A stretch of 63,662 nucleotides of DNA, counting the filler. It is 4 parts of 4 records of this genome, joined end to end, with 100 filler letters (N's around TTAATTAATTAA, not from the genome) between each part and the next. Parts side by side here need not be neighbours in the genome. Positions count along the whole stretch, not along the records: positions 1 to 14,498 come from SRR31156797_584; positions 14,599 to 41,162 come from SRR31156797_586; 2 more parts are not named here. One strand, given 5' to 3'. The number at the start of each line of letters is the position of its first letter. Positions within the stretch are counted from its first letter, which is position 1. Shown piece by piece: positions 9,297-18,566 of the stretch. Below the pieces are notes generated by a model. The model was given only the letters and a program-made list of their open reading frames with translations. It was not told where the DNA came from and did no database searches. A program made the translations under genes and the position numbers.

Positions 9297-10770
9297 TAAA
9301 AACAATAATAATAAAAAGCTTGATCAAAAAACAATTGATAAAAATCTTAAAATGATGAGTATCTCTGCGATTGTTTTGATAGTTTTGTTTTTTTATACCA
9401 TGTTACGATCTGATGCTCCTTTACAAGGTTCTGGATACTATTTTGGAGTGATATTTTTATTTGTTCTTTTGATTTTGACTTTTGTATTACAAAAATATAA
9501 AGATAAGATACGAGAAAAATTGAATATCAAAGATCAATTTGAAGGTGAATTACAAACTGCTAAAGAGGAGTATCAAAGTGGAGAGAATAAAACAAAATTA
9601 GCCCAAAACTCTTCAATCACTCCAATAACTTCAAATATCACTTTTAATGATGTCGCAGGGATCCAAGATATTAAAGGGGAGCTTGAAGAGGTAGTAGACT
9701 TTTTAAATAATCCTAAAAAATATCAAAAATATAATGTCTCTTTACCAAAAGGGGTTTTACTAGTAGGACCTCCAGGCGTTGGAAAAACTTTGATTGCTAA
9801 AGCAGTAGCAGGAGAAGCGGATGTGCCATTTTTTTATCAAAGTGCTGCAAGTTTTGTTCATATCTATGTGGGGATGGGGGCAAAAAGGGTAAAAGAGCTT
9901 TTTACAGTGGCTAAATCAAAAGCACCTTCAATTATCTTTATTGATGAGATCGATGCAGTTGGAAAACAAAGAGGAATAGGCAGCAATGATGAAAGGGAAG
10001 CTACTTTAAATGAGCTTCTTACTCAAATGGATGGGTTTGAACAAACAAGTGGAGTGATGGTAATAGCTGCTACAAATAAAATTGAAGTATTAGATGAAGC
10101 ACTTTTAAGAGCGGGGCGTTTTGATAGACGAGTATTTTTAGCACTGCCTGCACGTGAAGATAGAGTAAGTATCCTAGAACTTTATTTAAAAAATAAAAAA
10201 TATAACTTTGATCTAGATAAGTTAGCAAGTGATACAAGTGGATTTAATAGTGCAGCATTATCAACACTAATCAATGAAGCGGTATTAAATATGATAAAAA
10301 GAGATGGGAATACTCTTTTAGAAGATGATATAGATATAGCAAAACAAAAAATCCAGCATGGAAAAAAACAGATCAAGTTTTTAGATGAAAATGAAAAAGA
10401 TATTTTAGCTACCTATCAAGCTGGTAAAGCTTTTATTACAAAGAAAAAGGTGAGCTTATTTGAAGATGGAGTAAGTTTTGATGAAATAAGTTTTCCATCC
10501 AAAACACAACTCCAACAACAGATCAAAAACTACCTAGCAGGTTCAGTAACTCTTGAAGTATTAAAAGGGGAAAGTTATGTCGTGCATGCAGAAGAGATCA
10601 AACAAGCTTATGAGATAGCAACGATGATGCAAGAGAAATATAAAATGATTCTTTCAGTTGAGGCTCTTATTGAGCAGTTAAGAAGTGAGCTTAAAACTGA
10701 GCTTAAAAATAGTATTGAGCAGATCAATAGTTTAAAAAATAGATTATTAAAGGAAGAAGTTGTATTTTAG
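9280..10770 (+). CDS. FtsH-like membrane AAA ATPase lacking the HExxH protease motif
   Basis: Two TM helices, GPPGVGKT, IFIDEIDA, LLRAGRFDR; ATYQAGKA stands where AYHEAGHA is expected. Confidence 0.9.
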   Translation: MFQNFNKNNNNKKLDQKTIDKNLKMMSISAIVLIVLFFYTMLRSDAPLQGSGYYFGVIFLFVLLILTFVLQKYKDKIREKLNIKDQFEGELQTAKEEYQSGENKTKLAQNSSITPITSNITFNDVAGIQDIKGELEEVVDFLNNPKKYQKYNVSLPKGVLLVGPPGVGKTLIAKAVAGEADVPFFYQSAASFVHIYVGMGAKRVKELFTVAKSKAPSIIFIDEIDAVGKQRGIGSNDEREATLNELLTQMDGFEQTSGVMVIAATNKIEVLDEALLRAGRFDRRVFLALPAREDRVSILELYLKNKKYNFDLDKLASDTSGFNSAALSTLINEAVLNMIKRDGNTLLEDDIDIAKQKIQHGKKQIKFLDENEKDILATYQAGKAFITKKKVSLFEDGVSFDEISFPSKTQLQQQIKNYLAGSVTLEVLKGESYVVHAEEIKQAYEIATMMQEKYKMILSVEALIEQLRSELKTELKNSIEQINSLKNRLLKEEVVF

Positions 10771-11260
10771 TGGATTTTGTTTACAAAATGAAGAGGAACT
10801 TTTTAAAGAATATCAAATTAGGAACGATTTTAGTGTAAGTGGCTTTAGCTTTGGCGCACAAAAAGCATTTGAATATGTGATCCAAAGTGAGAAAAGAGTT
10901 GATCTATTACAGCTTTTTTCACCTGCTTTTTTTATAAATAAAGAGAAAAAATATAAAAGGATGCAGTTGATGTTTTTTAAAAAAGATCCTAAATGTTATT
11001 GTGAAAATTTTTTAATAAACTGTGGGTTTCCTGTTGATCAATCAGAAAAATATTTTCAAATGGGAACATATGAAGAGTTAGATCAGCTTTTGCATTATAG
11101 TTGGGATAAAGCAAAATTACAGATATTAAAAGAGAAAAACATACGTTTAGAAGTATACTTAGGAAGTGATGATAAGATTATTGATTCTGAAGCTGCAAAA
11201 GAGTTTTTTAAAGAGTTTGGTGAAGTATATTTTATAAAGAATAAAAATCATATTTTATAG
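10760..11260 (+). CDS. bioV: Pimeloyl-ACP methyl ester esterase BioV
   Basis: YFSGFCL, GFSFGA nucleophile elbow, LFSPAFF, DKII and terminal HIL; same synteny as the Helicobacter aroB-mscS-mtaB-ftsH-bioV block. Confidence 0.85.
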   Translation: MYFSGFCLQNEEELFKEYQIRNDFSVSGFSFGAQKAFEYVIQSEKRVDLLQLFSPAFFINKEKKYKRMQLMFFKKDPKCYCENFLINCGFPVDQSEKYFQMGTYEELDQLLHYSWDKAKLQILKEKNIRLEVYLGSDDKIIDSEAAKEFFKEFGEVYFIKNKNHIL

Positions 11261-11268
11261 GAAAAAAG

Positions 11269-11802
11269 ATGGAAAAAGCAAAAATAGGAATAGTAACAGT
11301 TAGCGATAGAGCAAGTCAAGGGATATATGAAGATATAAGTGGACAAGCAATCATTGATACATTAAATGAGTATTTAAGCTCTCCTTGGGAAGAGGTATAT
11401 AAAATTATCCCTGATGAGCAAGAGGTAATTGAGCAGACATTAAAAGAGATGGTTGATCATGATGAGTGTTCTTTAGTTGTTACAACAGGAGGAACAGGAC
11501 CAGCCAAAAGAGATGTGACACCTGAAGCCACAGAAGCTGTATGCGATAGGATGATGCCAGGATTTGGGGAACTTATGAGAGCAGAGTCACTAAAGTTTGT
11601 TCCAACTGCTATTCTTTCAAGGCAAACAGCAGGTCTTAGAGGAAGCAGTTTGATAGTAAATCTTCCAGGGAAACCAAAATCAATTAGAGAGTGTCTAGAT
11701 GCAGTATTCCCTGCTATCCCATACTGTATTGACCTTATGGAAGGGGCTTTTTTAGAGTGTAATGAAGAGGTGATAAAACCATTTAGACCGAAGAAGAAAT
11801 AG
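11269..11802 (+). CDS. mog: Molybdopterin adenylyltransferase
   Basis: VSDRAS, TTGGTGPAKRDVTPEAT and NLPGKPKSIRECL. Confidence 0.96.
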   Translation: MEKAKIGIVTVSDRASQGIYEDISGQAIIDTLNEYLSSPWEEVYKIIPDEQEVIEQTLKEMVDHDECSLVVTTGGTGPAKRDVTPEATEAVCDRMMPGFGELMRAESLKFVPTAILSRQTAGLRGSSLIVNLPGKPKSIRECLDAVFPAIPYCIDLMEGAFLECNEEVIKPFRPKKK

Positions 11803-11805
11803 GAA

Positions 11806-14001
11806 ATGATAGAAAAAAAACTTGATATTGAAAGCCATATAGAAAAACTTCAATCATATTTTGCAAGAGAAAAAGATGTGATCTTAGAAGGAGATATAAA
11901 TATTCACTTTAAGATCATTAAACAACTTGACGAGTATGAGCTCAAAACTCCTTTAAAAACAGAAAATATTGATAGCCCTTTAGCATACTTACAAAAACAA
12001 GGGGTGATAAAGATCTATGAGATTTATGAATTTGTAAAGATCATCAATTACTTTTTATATCTTAAAAAATTCAATTTTACAGACCAATTAGCAAAATGGA
12101 TAGATAAAATCATTATTCCAGAAGAGTTAAAAACTATTTTAGAAGCTTTTGATAATAGAGGGGAGCTTTTAAAGGGGTTTGATGAAAACCTTGATCGAGT
12201 GAATCAAAACCTTGAACATAATAAAGGGGAGATCAAACAAAAGCTATATTCTATAATTAATAGTAAAAATTTACAGCCTTATTTGGTAGATCATCAAGTC
12301 CATTTAGTTCATGGTGAACAGACCTTGATGGTAAGAGGTGGATTTAATCATGCGGTTAATGCCAAAGTATTAGATAGAACACAAGGTGGATTTTTTTATA
12401 TTTTACCCCATAGTGTAAATGATCTAAAACAAAAGCAAGCAGATCTTATGAATCTCAAAGAGGAGATTCTTTATACCATAACAAAAGAGATCAGTAGTAC
12501 TTTATCAAAACATTTAATGTTTTTAAAATATATTAATAAAGAGTTTGATAGATTTGATCACTATCAAGCAAGGGTACAATTTGCTAAAAATAATAATCTG
12601 CAATTTATCTTACCTAAAAACAATCACAAAGTTCAGAAATTAGTCAATTTTAAACATCCAGCATTAGAAAACCCAAAAAGTATCACTGTAGATTTTACAA
12701 AAGATGTAATAATGGTCACAGGGGTAAATGCTGGTGGTAAAACCATGCTGCTTAAATCAATATTAAGCTCAGTTTATATGTCAAAATACCTTATCCCTTA
12801 TGACTGCGATCCTTCAACTCAAATAGGAACTTATAAAAATATTGAAGCGATCTTAGATGATCCTCAGAATGTAAAAAATGACATATCAACTTTTGCAGGG
12901 CGTATGCTTGAATTTAGTAAACTATTTTCAAAGTCAAATGCAATAGTTGGAGTCGATGAGATAGAACTTGGAACAGATAGTGATGAAGCTGCATCACTTT
13001 TTAAAGTAATCATTGAAGAGTTGATACAAAAAAATATTAAAATTATTGTAACAACTCACCATAAAAGATTAGCCTCTCTTTTAGCAGCCAATGAACGTGT
13101 TGATCTTATTGCAGCCTTGTATGATGAAGAAGCGCGTAAACCAACCTATGAGTTTTTACATGGAACAATTGGTAGATCATACGCTTTTGAGACAGCATTA
13201 AGATATCATATTCCTCAGGGTGTTATTACAAAAGCAAAAGAGGTATATGGACAGGATAAAGATAAGTTAAATGATCTGATTCAAAGAAGTAGTGATCTTG
13301 AACGAGAATACCAAAAAAAGATTCAAATCTTAGATGAAAAAATTGAAAATACTAAAAGGCTAGAGCAAAACTTAAAAGATCAAAAAGAAACTATAGATAA
13401 AAAACTTGAGGGTAGAAAAGCACAACTTGAACGAGAATATTTAGAAGCGATTGATGAAGTAAAAGAAGCCGTGAAGCTTAATAATACAAAAGAACAACAT
13501 AGAGTTTTAAATAAAGTTCATCAAAAAAAGCAACAAATAAAAGTAGAAAAATTAGAAAAACCACAAGAACTTAAAGTAGGTGATAGAGTTAAATATAACA
13601 ATACAAAAGGTGTGTTAACATCGATCAAAGGGAAAAAAGCAATGGTTGAGACCGATGATGGTTTAAAACTATTATTGCCATTAGTAAGTCTTAAAAGAAG
13701 TGGAAATATTCCAAAACCAAAACCAAAAAATATTAAGATCAATGTACAAAAGCCAGATTCAGGACATATAAAACTTGATCTTCATGGGCAAAGAGTTGAA
13801 GAGGCATTAGAAAACTTGGATCGATTTATATCTGATAGTTTAATTGCAGGGTTTGATGAGGTTTTAGTGTATCATGGAATAGGAACAGGAAAACTTTCCC
13901 ATGCAGTTGCAAAGTTTTTAGATACTCATCCAAGAGTAGTAAGCTACAATGATGCTACAGCAAAAGAGGGTGGATATGGTGCAAAGGTGATAAAATTATG
14001 A
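11806..14001 (+). CDS. mutS2: Endonuclease MutS2
   Basis: TGVNAGGKT, ISTFAGRM, DEIELGTD, TTHH; C-terminal Smr domain (LDLHGQR...HGIGTG). Confidence 0.95.
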   Translation: MIEKKLDIESHIEKLQSYFAREKDVILEGDINIHFKIIKQLDEYELKTPLKTENIDSPLAYLQKQGVIKIYEIYEFVKIINYFLYLKKFNFTDQLAKWIDKIIIPEELKTILEAFDNRGELLKGFDENLDRVNQNLEHNKGEIKQKLYSIINSKNLQPYLVDHQVHLVHGEQTLMVRGGFNHAVNAKVLDRTQGGFFYILPHSVNDLKQKQADLMNLKEEILYTITKEISSTLSKHLMFLKYINKEFDRFDHYQARVQFAKNNNLQFILPKNNHKVQKLVNFKHPALENPKSITVDFTKDVIMVTGVNAGGKTMLLKSILSSVYMSKYLIPYDCDPSTQIGTYKNIEAILDDPQNVKNDISTFAGRMLEFSKLFSKSNAIVGVDEIELGTDSDEAASLFKVIIEELIQKNIKIIVTTHHKRLASLLAANERVDLIAALYDEEARKPTYEFLHGTIGRSYAFETALRYHIPQGVITKAKEVYGQDKDKLNDLIQRSSDLEREYQKKIQILDEKIENTKRLEQNLKDQKETIDKKLEGRKAQLEREYLEAIDEVKEAVKLNNTKEQHRVLNKVHQKKQQIKVEKLEKPQELKVGDRVKYNNTKGVLTSIKGKKAMVETDDGLKLLLPLVSLKRSGNIPKPKPKNIKINVQKPDSGHIKLDLHGQRVEEALENLDRFISDSLIAGFDEVLVYHGIGTGKLSHAVAKFLDTHPRVVSYNDATAKEGGYGAKVIKL

Positions 14002-14486
14002 TAAAAAAAATATTGTTAAGTTGTTTAGTCTCTTCTATATTATTAGCTAGTGGGAATAAAAATGAAAGAATGTTCTGGGATGAAGTAAAAGATTCCAATG
14101 ATATTGAGATGTTAAAACTTTATAAGAAACAATATCCACAGGGAGTTTTTACACCATTAGCCGATATTAAAATAAAAAGACTTCGCGACCTTGAAGACCC
14201 TGAAACAGATGAAGATGGAGTTCCATTATGGGTTCATAATAAAAACAATCTTGAATATAAATATTATGGAATAGGTTTTTCTAACAAACACTATAATGGG
14301 AAATACTACCAAGAAAACCTTGCAAGAAGTAGAGCAAAACGCCAATTGATGGAAAAATTTGAAAATGCAAAACTAACAAACAAAATAATGCGTAACTATT
14401 TAGAAGTTTTAAAAACAGAAAAATATACTGATAAACGCGATAGAATCTACATTCTCCTCTATGTAGATAACTACGATTTAAAGTAA
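13998..14486 (+). CDS. Secreted hypothetical protein
   Basis: Signal peptide; FWDEVK...YKKQYPQGVF motif followed by an LPP20-like segment (YYGIG...ARSRAKRQL). ATGA overlap with mutS2. Confidence 0.75.
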   Translation: MIKKILLSCLVSSILLASGNKNERMFWDEVKDSNDIEMLKLYKKQYPQGVFTPLADIKIKRLRDLEDPETDEDGVPLWVHNKNNLEYKYYGIGFSNKHYNGKYYQENLARSRAKRQLMEKFENAKLTNKIMRNYLEVLKTEKYTDKRDRIYILLYVDNYDLK

Positions 14487-14498
14487 AAAGAGGAGTAG

Positions 14499-14598
14499 NN
14501 NNNNNNNNNNNNNNNNNNNNNNNNNNNNNNNNNNNNNNNNNNTTAATTAATTAANNNNNNNNNNNNNNNNNNNNNNNNNNNNNNNNNNNNNNNNNNNN
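14499..14598. other. Artificial contig spacer
   Basis: 44 N + TTAATTAATTAA (stops in all six frames) + 44 N. Confidence 0.99.
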
Positions 14599-14730
14599 AC
14601 GCTGACTCATACCATGAGTTTCAGCTTGCTTCATATGTAAATCGTTATCTAGTGCAGCAGAACCTAAAGCAGCAGCAATGGATAAAATCCCTTGACCACC
14701 AACACCTGCTATGACCATATCTGTTTTCAT
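14599..14730 (-). CDS. iorB: Indolepyruvate:ferredoxin oxidoreductase beta subunit (N-terminal 44 aa, truncated by contig end)
   Basis: Translated by hand: MKTDMVIAGVGGQGILSIAAALGSAALDNDLHMKQAETHGMSQR; directly follows iorA. Confidence 0.92.
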
Positions 14731-14760
14731 CGTCTTTTAATTTTTCAGGTTAATAATTGA

Positions 14761-16386
14761 TTAAGCTTTTGCAGCTGCTTTTGCTTTTTGAGCTTTTTTG
14801 ATTTTCTGATCGCGAACATTCTTCTGAACACAAACACGTCGTGGAATAATCACTGATACTCCCTGGTATTCAAACTCTTTGCGAAGAAGATCTTTTAAAT
14901 CGTCACGCTTTTTAGGTACAGCAGTTAACACATGTAAGTGATCTTGTTCTACACCTAAACCTTCGCAAATTGCTTCTAGTTTACCTTTAGCAGAAGAGTG
15001 CTGACCACCAGTCATAGAAATTGACTCGTTATCAGAGATAATAACAGTAACTGGCGTCTTTTCATTGATAGCATCCAATAATCCTGTCATACCTGAGTGA
15101 GTGAAAGTAGAGTCACCAATTACAGCAACAGAAGGAATTAAACCTGCATCAGCAGCACCTTTAGCCATTGTAATAGAAGCACCCATATCAACACAAGAAT
15201 TAATAGCGTTAAATGGAGGCAATGCACCTAAAGTATAACAACCTATATCTGCAAACACACGACCTTCGCCATATTCAGCAACCACTTCGTTCAAAGCAAC
15301 ATATACATCAATGTGAGAACATCCAGTACACAATGCTGGTGGACGAGCAGCCACCATACCAGGAACTTCCGCTCCTTCTTCAACTTCAAAACCTAAAGCT
15401 TTACCAACCATTTCTGGCTTCAACTCACCATCGCGAGAAAGAGTTCCATCTAAACGACCGATTACAGCTTCTTTTTCCAAATATCCTTTCAACATTTCTT
15501 CAATTACAGGATATCCTTCTTCTAATACCATTACCTTATCGCACTCGCTGGTGATTTTTTGAATCATCTTACGAGGAATAGGATACTGGCTAATTTTTAC
15601 AACTGGGAAAGGACAATCACCATTTGGATAATTCTCCATTAGATAGTTATAACCTAAACCACATGCGATAATACCCATCGACTTATCTGCAGCATCGGTA
15701 TATGTATTGTATGCTGATTCCTCAGAAGCCAATTCGAATTTCTCCTGATTGTTCAACAACATTTTATAACGCTTACGAGCGATACCAGGAAGCAATACGA
15801 ATTGTACTTTATCTTCTGGTAATTTCATATCATTCTGTGCGATCACCTCTGTAGCACGAGTAACACCAGCACGAGAGTGGGCCAAACGAGTAGTAATTCT
15901 CATTAATACAGGAATCTCGCAAGCTTCAGACAATTCGAATCCGAAACGAGCCATATCGTAAGCTTCTTGCTGATTTGATGGCTCCAAAATAGGCATCATC
16001 GCAAACTTACCATATACACGTGAATCCTGCTCATTCTGAGAAGAGTGCATCGATGGATCATCAGCTACAACGATTAACATACCTCCGTTAGCACCAGTAA
16101 TAGCAGCATTCATGAAACAGTCAGCTGCAACATTCAAACCAACGTGCTTCATACATACCATTGCTCTTTTACCTGCATATGACATACCCAAAGCAGATTC
16201 CATAGCAGTTTTCTCATTTGCTGCCCAATCGCTATGAATGTTTAATTCTTTTGCTTGCTTAGAATGTTGAACGTATTCTGTAATTTCGGTTGAAGGTGTT
16301 CCCGGATAAGCATAAACTCCGGACATACCGCCATCGATTGCACCCTGTGCAATGGCTTCTACACCTAATAGTAAAGACTTTTGCAT
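14761..16386 (-). CDS. iorA: Indolepyruvate:ferredoxin oxidoreductase alpha subunit
   Basis: AYPGTPSTE, NEKTA, MKHVGLNVAAD, DDPSMHSSQNEQD, RPPALCTGCSH, DIGCY and TPP motif IGDSTFTHSG. Confidence 0.95.
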   Translation of the reverse strand: MQKSLLLGVEAIAQGAIDGGMSGVYAYPGTPSTEITEYVQHSKQAKELNIHSDWAANEKTAMESALGMSYAGKRAMVCMKHVGLNVAADCFMNAAITGANGGMLIVVADDPSMHSSQNEQDSRVYGKFAMMPILEPSNQQEAYDMARFGFELSEACEIPVLMRITTRLAHSRAGVTRATEVIAQNDMKLPEDKVQFVLLPGIARKRYKMLLNNQEKFELASEESAYNTYTDAADKSMGIIACGLGYNYLMENYPNGDCPFPVVKISQYPIPRKMIQKITSECDKVMVLEEGYPVIEEMLKGYLEKEAVIGRLDGTLSRDGELKPEMVGKALGFEVEEGAEVPGMVAARPPALCTGCSHIDVYVALNEVVAEYGEGRVFADIGCYTLGALPPFNAINSCVDMGASITMAKGAADAGLIPSVAVIGDSTFTHSGMTGLLDAINEKTPVTVIISDNESISMTGGQHSSAKGKLEAICEGLGVEQDHLHVLTAVPKKRDDLKDLLRKEFEYQGVSVIIPRRVCVQKNVRDQKIKKAQKAKAAAKA

Positions 16387-16529
16387 GTTATATTTGTTTA
16401 ACTATTTAGTATTCTTTTATTTACACATACCACACAAATAAATTGTGAGTAACTAAGAAGTATGATATTTTTATTTGATGCATCCAGCTTCAAATTCAAT
16501 AATCAATAAATATATGTGTATAGGAAACG

Positions 16530-16547
16530 GATCCTAAGCTTAGGATC
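16530..16547. promoter_or_regulatory. Perfect 18-bp palindrome/hairpin in the iorA leader
   Basis: GATCCTAAGCTTAGGATC. Confidence 0.7.
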
Positions 16548-16564
16548 GAGGAAGAGAGTGGATA

Positions 16565-16639
16565 TTAAAGTCCACCAAAAATCTCAAAGTAGCTTACAAG
16601 GTAAGCAAGTACGTAAAAATAAATTTCAATTAAATTCAT
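16565..16639 (-). CDS. Putative Tyr/Phe-rich leader peptide of iorAB (24 aa)
   Basis: ATG...TAA encodes MNLIEIYFYVLAYLVSYFEIFGGL (4 Tyr, 3 Phe), ends 178 bp upstream of iorA and is followed by two hairpins. Confidence 0.6.
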   Translation of the reverse strand: MNLIEIYFYVLAYLVSYFEIFGGL

Positions 16640-16827
16640 CTATTTACTTAGAGTTTGTAACAAAATGAGCTATTCTCCTTTTATTTGATGCTAAAATACC
16701 ATTATTTGGTTTAAAGCCAATAAAAAACAATCGAAAGGCTAAAGTTTAGAATAAGTTCAAATAACGAAAACGGTTGCGTAAATTTCCTCAACAAGAAGCA
16801 AACAACTTACAAGCTATATTTTTACAA

Positions 16828-17622
16828 CTATTTACTCTTAAAAATATTTGGTTTAATTCTACCAAAAGCATCGAATACAAAACGGTTCGATAGAATGATA
16901 CTAATAAGTAGGTTTAGCGTACTTCCTACAAAAACCGCTACCATTATTAATATCTGATATTTTATGGCGACAACCGGAGAACTACCTCCTAAAATTTGTC
17001 CGGTCATCATTCCCGGGAGAGAAATTAAGCCGATTACGGACATGGTTGCGATAAGCGGATTTAAACCCTTTCGAATTGCTTCACTTATAAATGGCGCAAG
17101 GGTTTGCTTCTTATTTCCAGTATTAATAAGTAAGAAATAATACATGTCTTGTTCCTTAGCCAATCTATCAAAATAGGTACTAACTCCAACAATGTTATGA
17201 TTTAGTGCGTTCCCAAGTACCATTCCTGAAATGGGAATAAAATATCTGGCATCGAAAACATAGTCAAGTTGAATAACAATTCCCAGAAAAAATGTATCGA
17301 GAATAAGAATACTAGTAAAACCTGCCAGAAAAAACGGCAATGCGAAATATCGATAATTTAGTCCTACCCGTTTAATTGTAGTAAATGCCCCTACAAGAAT
17401 CATTACAAGAACCCATGCTGCATTTATCAAGGCATTGTTCCATTCAAAAATATACTCTAAATAAACGGCAATTAAAGACAATTGAACAACCATTCGAACC
17501 AAAGCAATTAAAGTTTCTGTTACGATTTTAACTTTAAAATAGATAAAGCCTGCAAATGGAATCAGCAAAAGCAAGAAGCCTAATGCCAAACTGTATATAT
17601 TAATATCAACAATCTCTTTCAT
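16828..17622 (-). CDS. UPF0014 (YbbM/FetB-like) ABC transporter permease
   Basis: RMVVQL, RYFIPISGMVLGN, GLISLPGMMTGQILGG..P..AIKYQI; multiple TM helices. Confidence 0.92.
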   Translation of the reverse strand: MKEIVDINIYSLALGFLLLLIPFAGFIYFKVKIVTETLIALVRMVVQLSLIAVYLEYIFEWNNALINAAWVLVMILVGAFTTIKRVGLNYRYFALPFFLAGFTSILILDTFFLGIVIQLDYVFDARYFIPISGMVLGNALNHNIVGVSTYFDRLAKEQDMYYFLLINTGNKKQTLAPFISEAIRKGLNPLIATMSVIGLISLPGMMTGQILGGSSPVVAIKYQILIMVAVFVGSTLNLLISIILSNRFVFDAFGRIKPNIFKSK

Positions 17623-17631
17623 GATGGTAGA

Positions 17632-18222
17632 TTATAATTCTATTATTTGGGCACAATGGCTCAACCACTTTTGATTGTGGGAAGTAGAGATGATGGTTTT
17701 GTTTTTTAAAGATTGAATCAATTCTATAAAAAGATCAATAGAGTCATTATCGAGAGCAGAAACCGGTTCATCCAAAACAAGAATTGGCTTGTTCATGCTT
17801 AAACATGCTGCCACAATCATTCTTTGTCTTTCTCCTCCGCTCATTTTATTAAAAAGCTTTCCATTGTTATCTATACCCAAAAACTTTAAAAAGGAATGGT
17901 AATTTTTGATGCCTTCTTCGTTTAATTCTAAAAGCTCAATCAATTCCTGTCCTGATTCTATTGGCAAATTCACATTCTGTGGTAGCCATATAATTTGTTT
18001 GCGTATTTCATCAATAGAACTTGGGTTGACTTCAATATTATTGACTAAAATTTTACCAGCATCAGGAACTAAAATACCCATCATCAATTTCAACAAACTG
18101 GTTTTTCCCTTACCAGATGGCGCACTTAAACCAACCATTTCCCCTTCCTTAACTTTAAAACTAAGGTTCTCACAAATAATCTGTTCCGGAAATTTTAAGC
18201 TTATATTGTCAAATCTTATCAT
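17632..18222 (-). CDS. ABC transporter ATP-binding protein (FetA-like)
   Basis: APSGKGKT Walker A, MSGGERQR signature, LVLDEP Walker B. Confidence 0.92.
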   Translation of the reverse strand: MIRFDNISLKFPEQIICENLSFKVKEGEMVGLSAPSGKGKTSLLKLMMGILVPDAGKILVNNIEVNPSSIDEIRKQIIWLPQNVNLPIESGQELIELLELNEEGIKNYHSFLKFLGIDNNGKLFNKMSGGERQRMIVAACLSMNKPILVLDEPVSALDNDSIDLFIELIQSLKNKTIISTSHNQKWLSHCAQIIEL

Positions 18223-18566
18223 GAATATATATTTACACTATAAAGAAAATAATAATTCGTTTAGGAATAATAAAAAGATCCTTTATTCAGTCAGAATAAT
18301 TCACATTCGAATTATTGTTTAACCAAATATTTACATTATTGAGATTATTCTCGCTCTTACGTCTTATACCAAAATACACAAAACCCCGAAACGCCCATAT
18401 TTACTAACACACAAGCATCGCAATCGATTACTTGTGTTTTATAACACATTTTATTTATTCCAATTTAACAATCTCATTTAGATAGAAAGTTTACATTTGC
18501 AGCTCATCATATATGGATATCTAGATGTTCATATTGTAAGATTGTTTATTTTGAATATATAATATA

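Noticed and set aside
14543-14554. TTAATTAATTAA recurring three times (also 41207 and 51965)
   Set aside because: Embedded in N runs; a synthetic linker, not a biological repeat.
15213-15554. Antisense or alternate-frame ORFs inside long genes (also 6868-7173, 17906-18322, 22911-23372, 34222-34548, 53858-54169, 59527-59847 and others)
   Set aside because: Shadows of well-supported genes with no independent motifs.
16763-16779. ACGAAAACGGTTGCGT, a PurR/LacI-like palindrome (similarly GCAATCGATTAC near 18420)
   Set aside because: Single imperfect sites with no cognate regulator in the contig; cannot be supported.
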